Below are positions 48,111 to 55,160 of a stretch of DNA of 55,160 nt, one piece after another. This DNA comes from Catajapyx aquilonaris. Taxonomy: Eukaryota. The stretch is taken from the NCBI GenBank assembly GCA_000934665.2, contig JYFJ02002538.1, forward strand, positions 1 through 55,160, given 5' to 3'. Positions within the stretch are counted from its first letter, which is position 1, and every line of letters begins with the position of its first letter. The notes beneath the pieces were generated by a model. That model searched no databases and had not been told where the DNA came from. It saw only the letters and a program-made list of their open reading frames with translations. The translations under genes were made by a program, and so were the position numbers.

Positions 48111-51100
48111 ATGGACGGACTCGGCGCTGGACGTGATGGGGAAGAGGAAGATGGCCCTAGGTGAGAGACACACTGTGGGTCCCATCTGATACCCAGACTT
48201 TGGAACACTTGTTAGCACTAGTCTAAAGGGGTCATGACGGCTGGAACTAATCGACAAGATCGTGTCCTGTACTGTACCCCAGTCTGGTACGACACATACG
48301 AGTCAATGGAACAGTACCGACTGCAATGGTTTGCTCTTATTTCTTTTTTGTGTCACAATTAGAGACATTTAAAAAATATTGGAAAAAGCCAAAATCGGAG
48401 GGATGTATACACCTGATATTGTTGGAATAAATCGGAATAAATTAATTACTAATTTAGGACAAGTAATTAATGAAGGGGGTAGTCACTTCGGAGAGCCGGT
48501 GTACACCCTCACTGGTGAGCTGAAGAGGGCTGCGGAGAGCCTGGGCAAAACACTCCTTTATTACTCATCATTCCGCCTCATATGACGTAGTTTGCCTTCC
48601 GCAGCCTCCTTGGCCCACCCTGGCTCTTCGCGGCTCTCCTTGGCTTTGCGCAGCCCTCCTTGGCTCTCCAGGCTCACCAACATGCTCATTAGTGAGTATA
48701 CACTGGCTCAACCAATGTCTTACTGGCTCACCCATACCGCAGAGAGCCAGGAAGAGCCGGAGAGAGCCACAATTGAAGAGAGCCAGGGTACACTTTTTTG
48801 GGGAGGGTTTCCTCCTTGTAATTAATACTATGAGGGTCAACCTCACGTTTTACGTTGCCCGCTCAACAGTCTTCGATGGTTCATGCTATATATGAAGTGT
48901 ACAGCTGACTTTTGTGTTGGTTGAAATGTTGCAAATGCGACAAGTTCCTCTTCATGTGTGTGACAGGATTTCCCCCCCCCCCCCCCCNCCCCCCTCTGAC
49001 AGCCACAACTTTTGTGAAAGTTGTTCATAAGAATGTCACACTGAAAGTGACGCTCAGATTTGTTATATCTATTCTGATGTGGGAAAAATTTAACATTTCA
49101 AATTCTCATTATATTGCCATTTTTTCCACTTTAAAATCAAAGCAGGAGGACCTAGGAATGTTATACACATAATACTTATTTTTATTTGTCAACTAATGGT
49201 AGAACATGACTAAAGCTGCATTTACATGTGAGCGATTGACTCAGCGGTTCACATCCCTTAGCAATGAAACCAATTGATTGGCAAAATTTGACTGTTACTT
49301 TCGCTCCAAACAATTAGTTTCATTTCTGCACATTGCTGATCAAATCGCTCACATCTCAATGTGGCCTAAGAAGTGGATGGAAGCATTAAGTTACCCATGG
49401 AGTTAGTATACAGAACATTCACAAATCACTGCCAACATGATAGGAGTGACTGGTAGGGGATGCATATGGAAGATGGATGGCATGAGTCCAAAAGGTTTGC
49501 TACGACTTTGACATCGACGACTCCGCTAGGTTGTGCTTCTCCAAAATTCATTTCTGCTACTGTCCGTGATGTCCAATTTTTGTAGTAACATATTCTTCAG
49601 GACATGTAAATATTTATGGAATTGGCACATGTATAAATAATTTATTCTTACCATTGACAAATCCTGTTGGAAATGTGGCCATGTTTTGCAGCCAAGCATT
49701 CAAAATCAGTGAATTTGTGAAATATTGGTTTTATGTAGAACAAGCTGTAGGCCTACTGATAATAATCTGAAGTAGACCATTGCATAAAAATTAACACAGG
49801 CTACCTGTTCTGGAAGGTTCCCACAGTGCCTTCTATGGCAATTTGGAAACACAAAAATATTGTGCATGCAGACTTTAAAACTCAGACAACAACTCGTGGA
49901 AAACTAAATTTGTTTTTTATATTTATAGTGATGTTAGGAACAGCTTACCCTAAATATGATCACATTTACACAACTGTAGCAATCATGCAACACATCTCTG
50001 GCTACTCCAGGGGTTGGAGGGGTCACCTGAATTATCTTTAGGATCACTTAATAATGATATTATTTTACAGGGAAGGCATGGAGAATGGACATTCTCCAGA
50101 TAATGGAAGCGATCCCAGCACCGTGGAGAGCCGGGCTTCCAGTAGTGAAAAGGAGGAGAGTGATCAATTGGAAGAAGAAATTGAATCACGTAACAGTGAA
50201 GTTTCTCCAGCCCTTGCAGATGAAAAGAATGATCTAGGTAATGATGACGACGACAGCCAATGGGCAATGGTGGATGAAGATGAGCGATGGTCGGATGTAG
50301 ATGAGGACTGGTTTGATGACGAAAACAGTTTTCATTTTGAATGCAGTGACTTTTTTGAGAAGAGTGATGATGAGGACGATGAGCTGAAAGTTATGTAAGT
50401 TACTTGTCTTCTTTGTTAAGGGGATGTATTATCACTAAGCTTTGTTGGTACAGTGTTGGACATTAATCGTGTCATACTGCTAGCGACATTTTCCGAAGTG
50501 ACAGAAGAATGAATCTTGCTGGCACGGCCTGCTCTATCCATTGCTTCTATTCGTTCTTCTGCCGCTTCGGAAAATGTTACTAGCAGTATGACGCAATTAA
50601 TGTCCAACACTGTACACACTACCATTCAAAATAATTCCATCACTATAAAAATATATACCTCTCTGCTTTGGAAGGTCCTGGCCAGCATGTCCTGAGGCAA
50701 TGCCTGAATTTCTTGGATGATGATTTCTTTCAAGCCGTTGATGGATTGTGGTTTGTTTCGGTACATATGCCATACGTCACATGTCAGCATAGCCAAAATT
50801 CAGTCCTTCGTCATTTCGAGTAATTTGAGTCATTTCGAAGGGACTTTGGCTACCGCTGTTTCCGGATTGCTTGATTATTTCTTGTGGGGCTTTCTGAGAG
50901 GGTGAATGTACGACCAATCAGCACCAGCTGGAAATAAACAACAATCCAATAAATTCAGACAATGCCTCAGGACATGATGGCCAGAACCTTCCAAAATATG
51001 GATCTTCGTGTTCAGGCCTGCCTGGACGCAAATGGTGGCCATGTCGAGCAAATGTTGTGATGTCATTTCCTTTCTCACATTATGATGTTAGTTCAGTTCA

Positions 51101-54100
51101 AATATATATATTTCCTTGCAGCATCTTCATTTGTGTTAAATTTACTAAGGAAATGCCAGGTAAAGTAGCTAGTGGGACACCCTGTATTACTATTACTACT
51201 GCTACCACCCCCACCACTACTATTTCTCTAATCTGTTATATGTTTTTCTATCTTTGAATGCAAGTAACAGTTTAGGTCGCAACTTGAAGACTGCAATATT
51301 GGCAGAAAATGATAAGGAAATACAGTCTTACTTCTTCTACTATGATGAGGGTGATGAGAAGAAGAATAAGCAATTGGGCCTTGCTCTGATGTTTGCAGTT
51401 CAAGAAATGAAAGCTAAGAGTGTCTACGCCCTGCTTACCACAGGTATATATTTGCATTAAAACCTGTCTAGAATGAAATGATTTTTTGTTCATAAAAGGA
51501 AAATTCCATACTGAACAGGTTTTTGTTACAAATTATTCTGTTTGACCCAGATGCACACTAGCTATGCTGGATTTGTACTTTCTATTCTGGATATGCTCAT
51601 GCTCCAGTGAAGTATTCACACCCAGTCCCTGCATAATTATATGTACAGTACCAAAATAGGCTTCAGGATGGGAAGCCACAACTCCTTGACCCCTACTTTG
51701 AACCTGCAACCCACCATCTTCCAGCGGACAGAACCTGCTTGGCATGTCTACCTTCCCCTATTTCAGTCCATTTGTTCTCAACTGTCCAACTCTTATGACT
51801 CATCTGATAAGCTGAATGCTTGCCTGATGTGGGTGTCAGAGCAACCTAGATCCACAACTCTTAGCTTCCTATTGGCTGCTTTCATGATGATTGGACTGGG
51901 CCAGGCAGAAAAATAGAATCCTTTCTAACTTAACATACCGTACCATCTAGTACATTGAAATAGGCTGCAATAAGGCTCAGGGCAGCACATGTGCACCTGG
52001 CTTTGGTGGTTCTCAAATGGTGTGGGCATCCAAGGGATATCCTCTAAAGTCCAAATGCAGACGATAAGTGATATACGCCACCAGGTAGCCTACCTTTTTT
52101 CCCTTCCATTAGCTCGTTAAGGTCTGAAGATTCCTAATGAGCTAGCAAGCCAGGCTTTTATGTATTTACTACCATGTTAACAAGTGCATTAATTTTGCTG
52201 TTTTCTCAAAACTGTTTTGAAGTTAATGAATTTTACTTGTATGCCCGCAAAGTGTAATAAGTAGAATAGATTTTCACAGTTAAAGCACAGTCTGGATATT
52301 TTTATTTGATTTATTTTATTTAGCTTACCCCATTGGGCATGATGCCATTAGGGAGACAGTCTGGATATAGTAGACCTTTTTACAGGCACACTTTGGATAT
52401 AGTAGACCAGAGTCCCACGCCTGATGATCCCTGACTTTATTTTAATGATTTTGCATCAATTTCATGTCAAACTATCATCTCAATGGTACAATAGTCGCAT
52501 TTCACTTCTTGACATGAAATTGAAGTAAAGTCGTTAAAATAATGTCAGGGATAATCTGCCATGGGACTCTGGTCTACTATATCCAGACTGTGCTTTTTAT
52601 TCTGAAAATCTATACTATTGTAATACTACGTTGCAAGCTAAGGGTTGTCATACATCAGGATCTTCCCATCAAAAACTGACGTGATATAAAATCAAGTCAC
52701 ATTCAATGTCGCGAGAATTGGCTATTGCAATGGAAATTGCAGTTCACCTATTGAGATTGCACATTCAAAATTGCATAGCATTATGATTGTTGCATGCAAC
52801 TGGTGAAGTCTTCAATCATGACCATCAAGGGAAATGAGCAATATGCGGAACCTCCCATTAAATTTGTGGAAAATTTTTGACCCTATTTCGTGTACAGGGC
52901 TATCGAAAAATGATGTCCCAATTTTAAAACCCTAACTCGGAAACTTGTAGACATATCTGAATGATTTAAGTCTTGAAATGCTAAGAAAGGTCTAAAGATT
53001 TGGTCTCACCTTAGTTTGTTTCGATATGAGCTTTATTTGTCGCTCGGCAGAAAAAACCGGCAGTGATTGGTGTAGTGCCATTCCCTATCAATCATATCTG
53101 GAGTTACCATTGCAAACCTATCCCTTAGGTGCTGGATATCTTGGGTCTTTACACCACACACATTGTTCTTGATTATTCACATAAAAAGTCTCCTCATCCA
53201 TGAAACAAACCTGCTGTAGGAAAGTTTCATTTGTAGCTTCCCAGTGTGCGAAGTCTTCAATGAGAAGTTTCTTCTTGCCTAACCCTCGCAAAGGCCCAGA
53301 TCTGACCCCGATGGACTTTTTTGTGGAGACGCGTGTGTGGTGAAAAGATCCGGCATCACCAGTACCTATGAGATAAGATTGCAAGGTAACGCCAGACATG
53401 CCTGAGCGGGTTTGGCACGACACTGATTACCTTATTTAAATTTTTCTTGCGACAAATGGAGCTCATATCGAAACAAATTATGGTAAGGCTTTAGACACTT
53501 CTGAGCATTTCAAAACTTAAATCATTAAGATCTGTTAAGATATGTCTACAAGTTTTCGAGTTTTCAAATTGGGACATTCTTTTTCGATGACCTTGTATTG
53601 CCATTATAATTTTGTGTAATTTTATGCTTCACTTTACGCCGCTACATTGCTGGAACCAAGTAACGACGTAAAACAGGTGGTACTTCCTGCCTTTTGTATT
53701 TTCTAATAGGCCAATAGATATGTACTATCGGACGCAAAAAGAATGTCCGGGGAGAGTCTTCGTTCAGCCTGATGGAGGCAAACCATTGCACAGATGTGTA
53801 CACACACACTTGTGTGTACGTCCGTACTTATCTGCTGAGCTTTTTCCCTCCTCCCTTAGCTACCCAGGTGCAATGGTTTGCCTCCACCAGGCTGAACGAA
53901 GACTCTCCCCGGACATTCTTTTTGCGTGCCTATGTACACTTGTGCATAACAATATGGCATGTCTGCCGTCAGATGTAAGAAGACCGTAACTCAAAAACTA
54001 GTAAGGGTGAAAGTCGCGTGCATGCGACTTTTACCCTTACTAGTTTTTGAGTTACAGTCTTCTTACATCTGACGGCAGATGTGGGGACTACTGACATGAT

Positions 54101-54591
54101 GTATTCAATTCTTTGATTACTGTTAATAAGGTGCTAAACACAGACCTTTTCCGTTGGTGCTACTGATTGATTTCAATGATGTTTTTAGATTGTTTGCATT
54201 GCTTTGGCACTACTCCCAGGGCTGCCTTTCCACCAAACATCCTCTTACCAACCAATATTCTTTTGACGAATAATTTAGGTTCCACTCCTGCAGATGTCCC
54301 GCAACAGCAGAAGTTTGCCAGTGATGTTCATTTTAGGTAGCCCTGCAACTTTGCAGACTGGATGCTGATAACCTTCTGGCTTGCAATAATTTTGCTACAC
54401 GAACAGTAATTGTTGAACCTTTCTCATTGCAGAAGGAATGCACATGAATAATTATCCCACGAATTGGTATGCATGGAATGCTTTAATGGAAGCAGTAAGG
54501 CTTGGTCCCTTTGAAACTGTGAAGATGCTGCTTGATCATGGTGCTGAAGCGAGGATGACAAACAGTGATGGGCGCACAGCTATGCATTATG
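48111..54591 (+). CDS. Diverged ankyrin-repeat paralog (ASB-like copy 3), 5' part, continuing beyond the window. Exons 48111-48160, 50071-50394, 51265-51443, 54433-54591
   Basis: Coding exons 2-4 have the same phases as copies 1 and 2. Acidic exon with DDSQW motif; LKTAI...LGLALMFAV exon; ankyrin exon NALMEAVRLGPFETVKMLLDHGA...GRTAMHY. The SOCS box is not inside the window. Confidence 0.8.
48460..48830. mobile_element. Degenerate TIR-bearing interspersed repeat
   Basis: Loose inverted termini (TAATTAATGAAGGGGG...GTGTACACCC / GGGTACAC...CCTCCTTGTAATTAATA), internal GAGAGCC/GGCTCTC repeats and a partial copy at 24551. Confidence 0.5.
49214..49366. mobile_element. 153-bp Tourist-like (PIF/Harbinger) MITE
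   Basis: Imperfect TIRs AGCTGCATTTACATGTGAGCGATT / AATCGCTCACATCTCAATGTGGCC with TAA TSD (49211-49213 and 49367-49369). Confidence 0.7.
50451..50612. mobile_element. 162-bp MITE, inverted copy of 45746-45907
   Basis: TA|CAGTGTTGGACATTAAT...ATTAATGTCCAACACTG|TA. Confidence 0.92.
50870..51060 (+). mobile_element. Relic of a rosa/maT-like transposase C-terminus
   Basis: LDYFLWGFLRG*MY... followed by IQTMPQDMMARTFQNMDLRVQACLDANGGHVEQML*, carrying the DxFLWG and NGGHxE signatures. A partial inverted copy lies at about 50668-50718. Confidence 0.7.
52243..52638. mobile_element. Degenerate foldback MITE interrupted by a small insertion
   Basis: 52243-52299 plus 52385-52470 pair with 52509-52638 (e.g. 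GGATATAGTAGACCAGAGTCCCA / TGGGACTCTGGTCTACTATATCC). Confidence 0.7.
52895..53595. mobile_element. Degenerate long-TIR Tc1/mariner (rosa/DD41D-like) element
   Basis: Roughly 135-bp imperfect TIRs (CAGGGCTATCGAAAAATGATGTCCCAATTT / AAATTGGGACATTCTTTTTCGATGACCTTG) with TA flanks. The internal minus-strand relic FLQQVCFMDEETFYVN resembles FxxxIxFSDEAxF. Confidence 0.75.
53732..53927. mobile_element. MITE with 60-bp near-perfect TIRs
   Basis: 53732-53791 is the reverse complement of 53868-53927 with 1 mismatch. Confidence 0.8.
53958..54083. repeat. 126-bp spacerless palindrome
   Basis: 63-bp arms centred at 54020/54021, with 5 mismatches. Confidence 0.92.
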
Positions 54592-55160
54592 GTGAGTATG
54601 GTATTGTCTCTAGTGGCAACTGAGCAGTAGAGAAGAGACATTCGGACAACTTAAGGGCGGCTGTTTAAGGGTTGTGGTTGGTGGTTGGGAGATCGCAGTC
54701 TGTCTCATTGCTTGACCAACTACCTGATACACCTTTTGTGAAATTGCTGGGGTGATTGCTGCAGGATTCCATTAATAACACCCTACTCCTTAGTCATTGG
54801 TGAATAGGTACCCTTTCAAAAGCTGTTCGAGATACCCAAACACCTTGAAAGATTACATGGCACCAGATCAGTTCTGTAAGTTGGGTGGGATAACAGGCCC
54901 CATACAAATCAGGTGGCAGCCCTACACCGTCTGTATTTTGGCCCCTGCTGCCACCCACCCGTACAGCAGTTGGGCCCACAATTGGCAGGTGGGGATATGC
55001 TACTATTGAATTTTAATTGGCATTTCTTTGGTCCTGTTACCAACCTACTAATAATAATAGGACTATACAGGGTGTTTACGACCTAACTTTACAAACTTCC
55101 AGGGGTAATAGAGGGGACCAAGACAAACATTTTTGACATAGGAAACCGTGTCCGGAAACG

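Noticed and set aside
48973..48994. Poly-C tract with an ambiguous base (possible G-quadruplex on the minus strand)
   Set aside because: Homopolymer with an n call; its length is unreliable.

Overview
Intron-rich animal genomic DNA, probably arthropod (inferred from 55-65 nt introns and the TE families). No prokaryotic features. Gene order: (1) 3' part of an Eps15/Eps15L1-like endocytic adaptor (+); (2) a six-exon F-box gene with WD40-like repeats (-); (3) a complete 21-exon Cabin1 gene (-) with a GC-AG intron; (4) head-to-head with Cabin1, a tandem array of three paralogous ankyrin-repeat genes (+). Copies 1 and 2 end in a SOCS box (ASB-like); copy 3 runs off the window. Copies 1 and 2 arose by a roughly 17.8 kb tandem duplication that included the promoter. 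They differ mostly by amino-acid-changing substitutions in the ankyrin region, share near-identical tracts that look like gene conversion, and copy 2 has a splice-acceptor point change. All three copies share a CCAAT + YY1-type start element containing a 3-codon uORF. The ASB introns and UTRs are packed with TEs: a deleted mariner, PIF/Harbinger-type elements including a 962-bp foldback, several MITEs, V-domain tRNA-SINEs and rosa/maT-like relics. Exon structures were assembled by hand from splice signals and reading-frame phase. Family assignments rest on motif recognition, not database searches.
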